From: the human T2T-CHM13v2.0 reference genome, Homo sapiens
DNA length: 64,000 nucleotides
Strand: one strand, 5' to 3'
Assembly (NCBI RefSeq): GCF_009914755.1
Contig: NC_060925.1
Positions within the stretch are counted from its first letter, which is position 1. The number at the start of each line of letters is the position of its first letter. Below are positions 1 to 16,740 of this stretch, piece after piece. The notes under the pieces were generated by a model. That model was not told the origin of the DNA. It saw nothing but the letters and a program-made list of their open reading frames with translations, and did not search any database. The translations under genes and the position numbers were made by a program.

Positions 1-179
1 GTTTATAGCACAGCCAGAAATAGAAACCGGATTGCTCTACATTTTTCTGTATAACTCATGTTTTAATTTAATGCTCAGAACTGAACCTTGGAAAACTTTC
101 TCTGTCTAAGATTTGCAAGCTCCTGAGTAAACAGGACATAGAATAAATGCGATAGCATCAGATACGAAATCACAAGACC

Positions 180-320
180 TTTTGGGTTCCAGTTGCAGCA
201 GTTCTGCCTCAGTTTCTTCATGTATAAAATGAGGATGATACCTGCTCTGCAGGGTCGCTCCGAAGACTAACATAAGATGATGAGAAATTATAAAGTACTG
301 TAGAAATGGTTACTACTATG
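180..320 (+). mobile_element. MIR fragment
   Basis: Core-like 'gcctcagtttcttcatgtataaaatgaggatgata'; boundaries approximate. Confidence 0.6.
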
Positions 321-699
321 TCAGTAAGAAGGAATATTGTGTGGCTTTGCTTGTTATCTTTATGAATGGTAACATCCAGAACACAAATATGGGGAAGGGG
401 CTCTGATTAGGACAGCGGCAAGGCAGAGGAGGACAGAGGGCTAAGACCCTGGATGATGGGACCCTAAAGGCAGCACACAGGGCTTGTTGGAAGACCGGCT
501 TTGAGGGTCTTCATTGTATTTTGGTGCTGTGTTTATTGTCGTATGAACACTTGGGACAACTTGAATGTGTGGGAAGTAATAGGAAATATGTATAGGCTGG
601 CCACCCAACAATGGGGACCATTGTGTTAGCCCTGTCTGGACATGAATCTCTGTGTTGTCCCAGACCATTAAGCAGGGAGTCCAAGCTCACTGGGAGGTC

Positions 700-1155
700 A
701 TGTCCATGCCATTTAGGGAGAGAATAAAGACAGGGAACAGTTATGAGGAAATGTCACAAGCACAGAAGCTCCTAGGAGGTTATTAGAACATGTTCAAAGG
801 AGGCTGACTAAGAAGCCATGGCATGGCAGGTTCAGTTTGGAGAAGAGAAGGACTCTGGGGTACATCATGGATGCCCTCAGCTATCTCTCAGGCTATTGTA
901 TAAATGGAGACTTGGTTCGTTCTGTAGAGCAACCAGTTATGTAGGCAAAGGCTAAATAACGAGGGAGGAGACGGACCTCCCAGCTCAGAATGAAGAACTT
1001 GCAATTCCGATGGCTTCAGGAGAGAGTGAGATTTGTGTCCCTAAGGGAGATCAAAGTTATGTTGAGTAATTACCTGGCCTCGATCCTAGAGGGAACATTC
1101 AATGCTCAGATGGGAATTGACTTCCGACGTGCCTTTCTAACCTGAAATTCTTTGA
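700..1155 (+). mobile_element. L3/CR1 LINE 3' fragment
   Basis: 'ttcagtttggagaagagaagg' and ending 'cctttctaacctgaaattctttga' resemble the L3 3' end; highly diverged. Confidence 0.5.
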
Positions 1156-2344
1156 AAGTGGAGTCTTCCGTTCAGTTCCAGCCAGAGAATTTTACAGAAG
1201 GTTGACTGACTCACAAGGCAACCCAGAAGATTTGAAGCAGGAAGAAATAAGAAGTGAGGGTTCCCAATTGGCAGAATTTAAGGAGAACATGAGTTCTCCT
1301 TAAATTCTTGGTGCGAGGAAACCAGCAGCGTCTTTGGAGCTGGGGAAAGGATGTGGAAATGAGGGGGGCCTGGGAACCTCATAGTACTGGACAAGGTGTG
1401 CCTGAGGCCAGAGGTCAGGATATCAGAGGAGGATTTACGAACAAGCAAACACACAGCAGGGAAAGGAATAACAAATCACTAGCGAAAGCCTAGGGTGGAA
1501 GGGAGATACTGAGGCAAAACCCAAAATGTATGGGCCAGTGATGTCAACTGGGGCAGGCTCTGCAGGTGATGCTAGCAGCAAACAAAGACTTGAAACTCAT
1601 GACTTCAGAACGACAAGGGCTTGCAGTATGAGCTTTCAAAGAGCTGGAAAGGATCCCTAAGGCTCCCCAAATCTTTACTATTACTTTCTGTGCAGTGAAC
1701 GCTGATAGTACTTGGAGCTTCATGGTATAAGCATTAAAAGTATGTGGTTTGTATTCAAAGGGTTTACAATGTACAGTGGGAAACAAGTACCATGTGAAAA
1801 AGAACAATTCTTTCTATAGATTTCCCCCCCACCCTTTACTCATTACCATATTTTGCCATGTTATTCTCATCATTATTGATGAGAACTATTATTAGCTGGG
1901 CTTTCCCACCTCCCAGCGAGGGAGGCAGCATATTAATAACCCCCCTGTCACTGAGGGGCACCCAAAGCAGAAGTGTGACTGACTGGCTCCAGGCTCATCC
2001 TGTCAAGAGGCAGAACCAGGGATGTACCTGACAGTTAGGTCCCCAAACGTCCATGTGATAAGCCAAAACCTGCCCAGCTTATGCTGTCAGACAGTCAACT
2101 GAGTTCAAAGAGCCTTTTGGTTTTAGCTGAAGCAAAGCTGTGTAAGGGGATGGTAATGACAGCTTTTGATAAGTGTCTGTCCTCATAGGGGTTTGGGGCA
2201 GAGTCAGCTCCTACACCTCCAATCTGTGCTCACCACTTTCCACTCTTCCTGCTTGACTGCAATGGAGAGAGAGTCCTCTGAGTCTGCGGGGCCCTGGAAC
2301 TCTCCTATAGCTCCAAGTCAAGACACAGGGGTGGCCTGCTTTCA

Positions 2345-2683
<339 letters not shown>

Positions 2684-2749
2684 CTATGCTGGGGGCCATT
2701 TCGTTTTATATGGGAGGGATGGCATTTGCTAAATTTGTGGCCAATGTGG

Positions 2750-2990
2750 CTGACGTATATTGAGCACTGAGTGGGCATCACTCACTATTAACTACCTCTT
2801 CATATGCAAACCCCCTTCATCTTCACAGTAACCCTGTGAGGCAGAGCCTACCATTTTCTCTGTTTTATGGATAAAGAAGATGGTTCCCTGAGTTACTGAC
2901 CCAGAGCCACATAGCCGGGAGTGGCGGAGTGGGAAATCCATCCTCGTTTCCTCTCACTTGAGACCCCAGGTTCCTATTCTCTGTGCTAAA
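2750..2990 (-). mobile_element. MIR
   Basis: 'tcttcacagtaaccctgtgaggcag...ttttatggataaagaa' is the reverse-complement MIR pattern. Confidence 0.6.
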
Positions 2991-3198
2991 CAGACACAGG
3001 AAGACACTTTATTATAGGGTTTTTTTTTTTTCACCGTAATCATGAACTGATGATTGCTTATAAAACAGGTGTGAAACTACTAGGCCCTGTAATTTGTTTG
3101 AGAAGGTGAGTAGAATGACAATAACAAAAACAACAGAAAAACCCCCAATTTGTTGAAGATTTGAAGCAGGAAGAGATAAGAGGTGACACATTTGTTGT

Positions 3199-3320
3199 TG
3201 CTCTTGAGGATTCCTACCTTTACACGGTGTTTTCCTGTTGACGAAAAATATGTCTATCCTGGGTCTGGAATTTTCTGGATAAATGTTGGTGTTCATCTCC
3301 ATATAGCGTCGCTCTCATTC
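3199..3320 (+). repeat. 122-bp local duplicate, copy 1 (pairs with 5786-5907)
   Basis: Direct alignment by eye: 117/122 identical, ungapped. Confidence 0.95.
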
Positions 3321-3389
3321 ATGCAGATGTCCACTTTTCTCTGTGATATTAACCTTTATTTAAAATGTATTTATTTTTATTTTAAAATC

Positions 3390-3958
<569 letters not shown>

Positions 3959-4149
3959 GTATTGTTTTGATTGACTAATAAACATTGTATATATTTACGG
4001 AGTAAAATATGTTTTGAAATATGTACATATTGTGGAATTAGCCTGTGTTTTTAAATGCTTACTTTCTAGAACTGTGGGTGGAGGTCTGGGTGAACCTTGT
4101 TACATTTCAAATTCAATGCCTATAAAATAAGAATTTCAATTTTGAATAA

Positions 4150-4354
4150 GCAGTGTGTGGTCTGTGCTGGTCCACACACGGTTACTGGTCTGTGATAAGT
4201 ATAGAAATGGAGAGGAAGCGTTTAGAAACATCTGCTGATGGAATAATTTTCTGTCTGTTGAATCTAAGAATAAAAAATCGGGGCTTGCATTTTGTGTATA
4301 ACTAGAAGTAAAAGAAAAATTGGTCCTTCACCCGGATAGTTTGAGATGCACTGC
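4150..4354. mobile_element. hAT-Charlie DNA transposon fossil (Charlie4/MER80-like)
   Basis: Terminal 'tggtccttcacccggatagtttgagatgcactg' and internal 'gataagtatagaaatggagaggaagcgtttagaaac'; subfamily from memory. Confidence 0.55.
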
Positions 4355-4929
4355 TATAGAGAACGATGGAGCATGAAGCACCTGTTCTGTGCTTTTCTTC
4401 CTCTCACGATTGTCTTTAAATGGTCAGCATCTTAGTAGCTGTCTTTGCTTCAGAATTTCAGTACCTTCCCTTTTTTTTTCGAGAAAAGACACTGTTTCTG
4501 GAAAAAATAGTAACAGTCACCCAGAAAAGAGATCGAGACAACTGATCGTCAAGTTGGTTAACTATTATGTGCTGGCTTTGAACATCAAGAACATTTCAAA
4601 CGAGGGCCTTTTTTTTTTTTTTGCATGATTTTCACATTAATAGAAAATGGTGAAGTAGGGTATCATTAGATTTTCCCATTTGCTGACAGTTCACTTTGAA
4701 TAAAGGTGGACTTAATGATGTACTTTACCTTATAAAGTATGGAGTACATGAAACCCAATAAAAACTCTTGGGTGAAACCCTAGCTTTGTAGGTTGAGGCA
4801 GTGGAACCTTCATGTATATTTGAAGAGCAGTTAGTGGATTCTGGATTATGCATAGAATTGAACCCTGAAACAGAAAATGAATCTTTTGGGTGACCTCATA
4901 TCTTTGCATTGATTTTCTTTCCCAAATAA

Positions 4930-5245
<316 letters not shown>

Positions 5246-5785
5246 GTGTTTTTTTATTCATGGAGAAAATTAGCTTCTGTAGAATTTTCATCTACATTCA
5301 GAGCAAGAGTTTGAAAAATGGTGAAAATGGACAAAGATCACATGAGCACAAAGACACTGTCAAGTTTTGGCAGAGCTGGTATCGCCAGTTCCATGGCGTT
5401 GGTGAGCACAGAGACTTCCAGTTCTGCCCTCAGACATCACTTCTAAATTGTCATATTTTTGGTGTTCAGCTTTTATGTTTAGTTGACAGCCTTTCTACCA
5501 AATTCTAATCAGATTTCCAAGTAAAATTATATTAAGGGCATTTTTTATTTTCCGTGATTTTATTTAAATTTTCCTGTTTTCTTAATATAAACAAATACCT
5601 TTCCATTCTGTTATCTCAGGTTCTGATGACTTCAGATCAGAACTTACTATCTTCAAATCCTTTATTCTGTTTTTTTGCTCATTATTGACTCTGTTACATT
5701 AGTTAGAGCTTCTTTCTCTCTCTCCCCCTTCCTCTCTCTCCCTCCCTCCTCCCTCCCTTCTTTCCTCCCTTCCTGTTTTTCCATC

Positions 5786-5907
5786 TGCTCTTGAAGATTC
5801 CTACCTTTACACAGTGTTTTCCTGTTGACGAAAAATATGTCTCTCCTGGGTCTGGAATTTTCTGGATAAATGTTGGTGTTCATCTCCATACAGCGTCACT
5901 CTCATTC
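5786..5907 (+). repeat. 122-bp local duplicate, copy 2 (pairs with 3199-3320)
   Basis: Direct alignment, 5 substitutions. Confidence 0.95.
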
Positions 5908-6866
5908 CTTTCTCTGGGATCCCTGTTGTCTGCTTTCTCTTCCACACTTGCCAAGCTGTCCCTCACTTTCTCCCACTGACTCCTCTAACTCCTTGCCGTC
6001 GGCCCAAACACATTCCTTTCTCAGGACGTGATTGTTTTTCTGTCCATCTCAATCTCTTGTGTGGTATCTTCCATCGTTGTTTTTGAATGGCTCCCTGTGT
6101 TACCTGAACAGCATTCTTCAGTCCTCTTGAGCATGTCACTGACTGTTGTATGACTGATTTGACCAGTATCCCCTTGGGTCCAGAGGTTGCCGTAGTGTTA
6201 AAACCAAGCCCCGCTCAGGCCCTGGGGTCAGGGCTAGGCTGAGCAGAGAGGACTGACCTCTGGCTCCCAGGCCCTGCCTTCAGGACCACGTGGCTTCTCT
6301 TGTTAGTTCCCTGTGGGGCCTGCTCTTCGTGCTGTGTATCCTCATGTGACCATACGGAGAGCTGTTACTGGTCTGATGACCATTATTGCCGCACTCTCGC
6401 TGAGAAGCAACTCAGATAGCGCCTTGCTGTGATGGTTTCAGCAAATGCTTTTCATATATGATCTTGTATGATGAAGGCTTTCTTTAGTCCCTGGGCCCTT
6501 AACAGTGGTACTTGGTTATATGTTTGGAGTTGATGAAGTCAGAGAAGGATGGGAAGGAGCGTGGAACTGTTCCTGCTTCTTTTGTTCTTCTGTCAGGTAC
6601 AGTTCCCTTTAGGGATGCTCCCTTCTTCCCCTTAGAAATACATCAACAATATTACCAGAGAAAAACTACCCTAAACATACCACAATTGGTCTCAGGTGAT
6701 CTAGGCGGAGGAAAAATTGAGCTGGGTGTCTGAGATCCAACTCCTAGGCGTCAATTGACTGTGGAGAGACAGGGCACAAGTTCTGCCTCCAGTTTCACAA
6801 CTTGGAACAGTTAATGTCCAGCACTGTTTCCATTATGATAGAATGATGCCTTTACAAAAACAAACA

Positions 6867-7176
<310 letters not shown>

Positions 7177-8536
7177 CCCTTTTAGGAGCTCATATTGTAG
7201 AACTTCACTGTATTATTTTTTTTTCCTGTTTCTTGTTTTGTTTTCACTGAAGCATATTTTGCTTACCCTTAGTTCCTTGCACTTGCCAGGGTCCCGTTCT
7301 GACTTGGTGTCTGTTCTTTTCTCCTTGCCCCAGTGTATCCCCTCGTTCTCACATTCCAGATCTCAGTCTGCCTATTCCAGGACTTCCCATGGAAGCAGGG
7401 CTACCATTGAGCTTCCTGTGGGACACTTGTGGTCAGGGCCAACATGCATAATTGTGCCATCTATTCACAGAACCAGGGCGCCCAATTGTAGGAGTGAGTG
7501 GGGCTTAAATCCAGCCAACACTGTGCCAGCCTGGTGGAACCACCTCCTCTGGGGCTCTGTCAATCCTCCTTGGATGCAGGTAATGTCTGGGCTCATGTTG
7601 TCCTGGCCGGCCCTGCCTCCTTCACTGGTGGCCAAGCAGTGTCAGGACATAGATCTTTGAAGGGCTGAACTGGAAGGCAAACCCCTACCCTCTGGTTTCT
7701 TATTTATTTATTTATTCCTGACAGGTCGTAGCTTTACTCTGCTTAGAAAATACTCCGTTGATTTCTTGGAAAAGAAGGGACTCTCACTCATGTATATTGA
7801 TGAAGTGAATTTTTAGGAATCATAGTTCTATGAATATGGTCTCACTTTAACTCACCTTATGAAAGGAAAACATTAAGAAGCAACCAAGGGTATATTTAGT
7901 GCCATCCGATTTCAAGGGCCCTAGAAAACAGTCTCAGGCATTTGCTGTGTGAAGCTGAACCTCCTCAGTTGCTTATGAGACAGCGAAAGCACAGAAGGAA
8001 AAGTGGTTGTAATTTAACGTCTACACTGTTTTCCCTTCTGCTAAAAACATGCCTAAAACACCTCAAATAGATAACCCTAACATCCAATATGCAACCCCAG
8101 CAACCCCCAACTGTTCTGTTGTTGGGGGTGCAGTCCGTAACAGAAGTGGCATTCATAGCTTGGCACACACCACTCTGAGATGGTGAGCTACGCTAAAGAA
8201 AATGACCAGCGTTTGCGGCCCCTTCCCATCTTCTGCTGCAGGGAATGTGGTCAGGTGGAGCATTTTCTGATTAAACAAGTCCTTTGTCTGACTGGCGGCC
8301 GGTTGGGGTGTTGGCAATTGGCTCCCAACATCTGGGAATCATTTCCACGGCTTTGCCTAGGTTGAAAACTCAGTTCATGTCTTGATGTGAATGTCTGAAG
8401 GCAAAGCAATTTCAACAAGCCTCAAGAATCCCAGGGATTCTTGTAAGATACTCTCAGGGTTAAGGATTCTAGTTCTTATTGCACATTTTGCATTTTTTGT
8501 TTTAATTGATGCTGTGGTGGGGGCGGGGGTGGGGGG

Positions 8537-8725
8537 CAGTGGTTAGGAGAGAAGGATATTGAATAAGCAAACAGAAAGCTGGAGAAGCCCAGGCTTGAAT
8601 TCTCAGCCAGACACTGACATTCTGACTTGAGGCAAGTAACTTAACCTTGCTAAGCTTCCGTTGCTTCTGTTCAATGGAGATCATCATATCTGCTTTATAG
8701 GATTATGGAGAGGATTAAATGAAAA
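8537..8725 (+). mobile_element. MIR
   Basis: 'ggcaagtaacttaacc...ggattatggagaggattaaatga'. Confidence 0.65.
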
Positions 8726-9082
8726 TGTGATAGTCCTTGGTAAACTTCATCCAAATCCTACAGATAATGTGAAGATGGCACGTGCTATAAAAAGGATGGA
8801 GTTCTGTCCTCAATGAATTCTCAACGTTCCCTTTTGAGTAGATGACTTTTCGTTGAGACCTTTACAGGCTGTTTAGGTGGCCCTTTGTTATCTGTCTAAC
8901 GACTGTCCAGGCCTTCTGTGGCAATTATAAAGATCTGGTATCATGTCTCTGAGAACAAAAACCACCTACAGAAGGAGCTGAAGAGCAATTCGCCCTTAAA
9001 TCTCACCTGTTACGAACTAGATGCCATTGGTGATGGAAAATATCAGTGACCCATACGGAGAGAGAAACCTGCCCTCAAGTAG

Positions 9083-9455
<373 letters not shown>

Positions 9456-9915
9456 TTGTTGTTGTTTTATAGCCCTAGAAAAACTGGTACCAAACAATAA
9501 GGAAGAGACTGAAGGGAAAAAAGAAGATGGGGAGGGGCTTTAAGAATTCTGTTCCCATAGAACTTTGTGACTCACTGAAGGCCAGCAAGCTGGAATTGTC
9601 GTGATACTCACAGTGGACATTAACGAAAACAGTGAATAAAAGTAAAAGGGGAAATGTTCTTTCTTTGTGAATACCCTCGTGATCTGAACTGGGGGCTGAA
9701 GAGGGAGGATGGGGTGACATGGAGTAGATTCAGGAAAAGCAGAGTAGAAACCTGTGAACTGAAGGAGAGGACCAATGGATGAGGAGAGGATGCAATTTTA
9801 TCTAGTATATGTTGCGTAAATTTGTTTCCTGGTCTACACTTCTACCACCACCCTAATACAGTACCGCTATAATATGTTTCCTTCCTTCAGCACTGACTCA
9901 TTTAAAAATCGTACT

Positions 9916-10445
<530 letters not shown>

Positions 10446-10729
10446 CAAGCCAGAATATAAGCTCCAAATATAAGGTGGGGACATTTGTGTCTTTGTTCTT
10501 GGCTGAAGCTCCAGCACCTAAAAGAACACTCAAGAAATGTTTGTTGAATAACTCAATGATGGTCTTAGCCACCATGCTCTCCTGCCTCCAAACTCAAGAT
10601 GGGTTGCAATGGACAGGGGTCATTAACTAAGCAGTCTCAATGCAACGATCTCAATGTGAGACCAAAGTAGAGAATGGGTACAAAGTGCACCACAGAAGCT
10701 ATAGGGGGAAGCTTTTGGAACAACTACTC

Positions 10730-11317
<588 letters not shown>

Positions 11318-11369
11318 TGACCAACTACTGTTTATGCTTCTAATTTTGTTAGTTACTAAAATATCGCTT

Positions 11370-11717
11370 TCAGTCTCATGCAGTAAAAGCAAAAGGTTTT
11401 TCAGTGACTTACAAGGCTCTGTGCACACCATCTGTCCCCTGCCCTCTTCCTCTGCCATGTTCCCACTTGCTTACTCTGCTCTAGGCATATTGACCTCCTT
11501 GCTTTTCCTCTAAAAGTGCCAAGGCCATTCCCTCCCCCTAGGCTTTGTTCTTCTGCTTGGCTTAACCAGACCTTCCTTCAGATCTTTGCTCAAATGCCAC
11601 TTCCTTGGTAAAGCCCTCTGTGACCTCCCTGTTTAAAATTACAATAATCCCACCTGTGCACCCCTCCCTCTCGCGTGGTACCTGCTACATTAGGAATATT
11701 TGCTGAATGAATGAATC
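11370..11717 (+). mobile_element. L2 3' fragment
   Basis: 'ctcaaatgccacttcc...aagccctct' and terminal 'tttgctgaatgaatgaat'. Confidence 0.7.
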
Positions 11718-12724
11718 TCAGACAAATGGGAGATGGGCGGCTAAGTCTCCAGATTGTCCTGCATTGAAGTGCTTGGAGAAGTTTGCGAATTTTCCCACTC
11801 AGTTCAAACCACATGCTCAGGAATTAAAGTGTTCTTTCAGCTTTCAGATGTTTTGGGGGGATAGCATTGTAACAAAGCATGAAAAAAAGCAGTGTTGGGA
11901 AATTGAGATTCTTATTACAGTGGGAGTACCTGGTTGTCATTTCAAGATGAGGATTTGTTAAGGGATGGGACAAGGGATGCTGCCTGGGACAATAAACCAA
12001 AGAAAGATTTAAAACAGAGAAAAGAGTTATTAGTTACAGGACTAGCACAAACAAAGTAGGGCTCTCCATCTTTTTCCTGTCTCGCTGAAAACCCATCTTT
12101 TCTTCCCTTGAATAAACTTCTTTGCTTTCTGTCCCCCTGCTTTGATTTATTATTTTAATTCTATAGCTGTCTTCGTGAAGTATGTAAAGCATTTGGGGGT
12201 AAAATCATGTGGAAGACATTATAGAAACTAAAGATGTATGATATTATGTGGTGTTGGGTAGAGGCTCAGCGTGCTTATGAATCACACGGTTGATGAAAAC
12301 ACCAATCTGTCCAGGGCCATTGTCTATCAGCTGTATAAGAAATTGGCTCATTGTTGAGGGTACAAGAAGGAGGAATGTAAGGGGGACTGCCGGAATAATT
12401 CGGTTAGAATTCGGTAAAACCGGAGCATGGAGAGGTCTGGTTGACATCCCTCCTTTTTATACTGAGAGATGTCCCTGAAGGTGAGGTTTTTATTTTCTTG
12501 CCTCTAAAAGGGAAATAATGAATGTTTCTATTTCTTCTGTCCTATTACTCTGTGATGAATGCTTCTTTTATTTTTATCTGAGTCTAACTCCCTCCACCAT
12601 ACTTAGCATCATGCTTGCATCATATCCATTAATAAATGGATGTTGAAAGAATGAATCAACCATGCTTGAAAACTTAGATCTCTCTTGCTTTTCAAGAGAC
12701 TCAAATATTTAAAAGCAGCTATGG

Positions 12725-13245
<521 letters not shown>

Positions 13246-14031
13246 TTAGCATCACATGGCAATTAGATGCTTTTTTTTCTGGCACCTGGTGTGCTTGTTC
13301 ATGAAGTGCACTGAGATTCGGGAAATATAATTTCAAAAGCCTAGAAATAATGGCCCATGTCATTTTCTTGGCATTCTTCAAAACCAAAGCCTTAAGAGTC
13401 CATGGTTTGTCCTTTTAAACCCCAGCAACGGAAAGAAAGGGCCTTGGCAGTGACAAAGAAAGAGAAATTCTCTTGGGGGTCTGTAGTGAAAAGGGATGTA
13501 ATCAGTACCAGGCAAGCCACTTTGATTTTTTTTTTAAAAAATGAACAAATATAAACCATTACTCAAAATTTCTTTCCAGTCTTTTTGGTGCTTCAGAATA
13601 TAAATGTGACTCATTTTTCTCTAATAAGTTTCCATTTATTATCATAGTCATCTCTTCAGTGCTCAATCAAAGTGGCAAGGTTGTATTTGTGGAGAAAACA
13701 GAATATTTTGTAACATGGCTATCCTGAATTTTAGAGGCACTTACTAGGGATGGAAAAACTGGTCTGAAGTTCTTAGGCATACTCTTACCACCTAAAAGTG
13801 TTCAGCGATAAAAATAATTGCTTTGTTTTTACCTTTGAGGAACTCCAAGTATCAGGTTAAAAATTGAGAGAGGTAGTGAAAGAGAGTCAGTGATTCCAGT
13901 GTTTCAGAAAGTCTGACCTGGCCAGGGTCCAGCTGGGCTGCAAGAACCTCCTTTCTCTCCCTGTCTCTGCAGCTCCATCACTCACCATTCTCTCCAAGTC
14001 CCTTGGGAATACATGGGGAGAACCTAGTGGC

Positions 14032-14492
14032 CATAGCAGATACTGCTGGTCCCCCTCTTCCCCCACTCCTTGCCACCTCATCATTTGCTTGCACAAAACC
14101 TTATGGTTCTCAAGGCCCAGCACCTGTGACTCTGCCCGAGGGTTTCCTCTGGCTGTGGGAGCCCCCTGCACCCACACAGGGGGCAGGCCACTTGGGAGCA
14201 GGCCCAGGTAAGACTGGCAGGAGTTGGTGGATAAACACCCCAGCTCTCTTGTCTCTAGGTGGGGATAATTCTGAGGCATGGTCTACTCTGTCTCCCATAT
14301 TTCCCTGGCAGGATTGAGCCCCAGTTGTCTGTGTCCATAACCTGCTTGAGAACACAGACTCTGGTATCTTCCTTCCTTCCCTTCTCCCTTCCTCACTGTC
14401 TTATGGCTGTTACCTAGAGTCACCTCCCAGTTAACCTACCAGCACCCTCATCCTTGTACAAGGATATGTCTGAGGGAACTTGGTATAAGATA
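14032..14492 (+). mobile_element. LTR16-like solo LTR (ERVL)
   Basis: 3' end 'tcacctcccagttaacctaccagcaccctcatccttg...gagggaac...taagata' resembles LTR16; length ~460 bp. Confidence 0.7.
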
Positions 14493-14513
14493 TTGGAAGT
14501 ATATGCTCTTTTG

Positions 14514-14725
14514 TCCATCCATCCATCCATCCATCCATCCATCCATCCATCCATCCATCCATCTCTCCATCCACCCATTCATCCATCCATCCATCTCTCC
14601 ATCCATCCATCCATCCATCCATCCATCCATCTCTCCATCCATCCATCCATCCATCTCTCCATCTACCCATCCATCCATCCATCCATCCATCCATCCATCC
14701 ATCCATCCACCCACCCAACCATCCA
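14514..14725 (+). repeat. (TCCA)n microsatellite, interrupted
   Basis: Directly visible; source of the GWMD/IHPS pseudo-ORFs. Confidence 0.97.
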
Positions 14726-15431
14726 ACAAGCATTTGGTAAGCTCATGCTGTATGCCAGGTATTGTGTTAGGCACCGAGGAGAGCAAGAGGACAGCCACCG
14801 CCCTCAGGGAGCTCTCAGTCCAGCAGGGCAGCCAGTCCCAGGATAGGACAGTGAGAAAGGACATGGAGGTTCAAGACAGAAAAATTCATAAAGCCATCCA
14901 GTATGGCTTTTGCTCTCCCGGTGTCTTCAGGTTGTTTAAAAATTAAAGGTGGCTTTCCAGCACCTATTATTATCAGAAATGGTCTTATTGGTTCACTTGC
15001 TTACTAGTCCATTGCCTGTCTCCCTTCCTAGAATGTAAGATCCATGGAAAGAGGTACTTGTCTAGCTTATTCCATCATTGCTTCCTCAACTCTTAGAACA
15101 GGGGCCAGGCTGGCGCATGATAAACATTTGGTAAGTGCATCTCATAGTCATTAAGGCGTCTGCTGTGGAAAGTTTGTCAGTTTCCTCCTGTTCCTCCCGG
15201 AGTAAGCTCATCCATGTTGAAATATACCCAAGCTCCACTCTGGATGCAGTGTTCCAGTGCACTGTGGAAGTCTCTGCTCAGGACAGGAGGGATAGCAAGT
15301 GTGCTGCCCACCCTAGGTCCGAGGTGGCCACTTCCTGCTAGCCACTGCTCCTTGGGAACAAAGGACACTTGCCCAAGTGTGTCCCTAAGGTGAGCGCTTT
15401 AGCATCAAGAATTATTCAACTGAAAGGAGTT

Positions 15432-15759
<328 letters not shown>

Positions 15760-16009
15760 CTATTTTCTTTGTACACTGAATTCTAAACTCTCAGTTGGGA
15801 GATTCTGCCAATGAAACACTCTTTGCAGTCTCCTACCTCTGCTACCTGGGCTTGCTTGATGCTGGGTGATGAACCACCCAGGTACCTACACAACACCCTG
15901 GTTGTCAGCAGTGGCAGTGGAAAGGAGAGTTTGAATTTGGAATGTAGACATTTTGTAAACAGGTTCAGAGAAGTAACTGCCCACCGTCCTCCCCACTGTG
16001 GTGTGCAAA

Positions 16010-16306
16010 GCTAAAGAGCTGACTCATGTGATCGTGGGGGTTGGCAAGTCCAAAATCGGCATGGCTGGAGATTCCAGCAGGAGTTGATGTTGCAGCCTGG
16101 AGTCCAGAGGCAGTCTTAAGGCCTTCAACTGATTGGATGAGGCCCACCCACATGAATGGAGGGTAATCTGCTTTTCTCAGAGTCTACTGACTTTAAGTGT
16201 TAATATCATCTAGTAAATACCTTCACAACAACATCTAGACTAGTATTTGACAAAACAACTGGACACCGTAGCCTAGCCAAGTTGACACATAAAATTCATC
16301 ACCTCA
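16010..16306 (-). mobile_element. MLT2 LTR fragment (ERVL)
   Basis: 'aggccttcaactgattggatgaggcccacccac...gcctagccaagttgacacataaaatt'. Confidence 0.8.
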
Positions 16307-16326
16307 AGAATCAGCACTAGGTTTAA

Positions 16327-16740
<414 letters not shown>

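Noticed and set aside
14431-14946. GWMD/IHPS repeat ORFs
   Set aside because: Translations of the (TCCA)n microsatellite.
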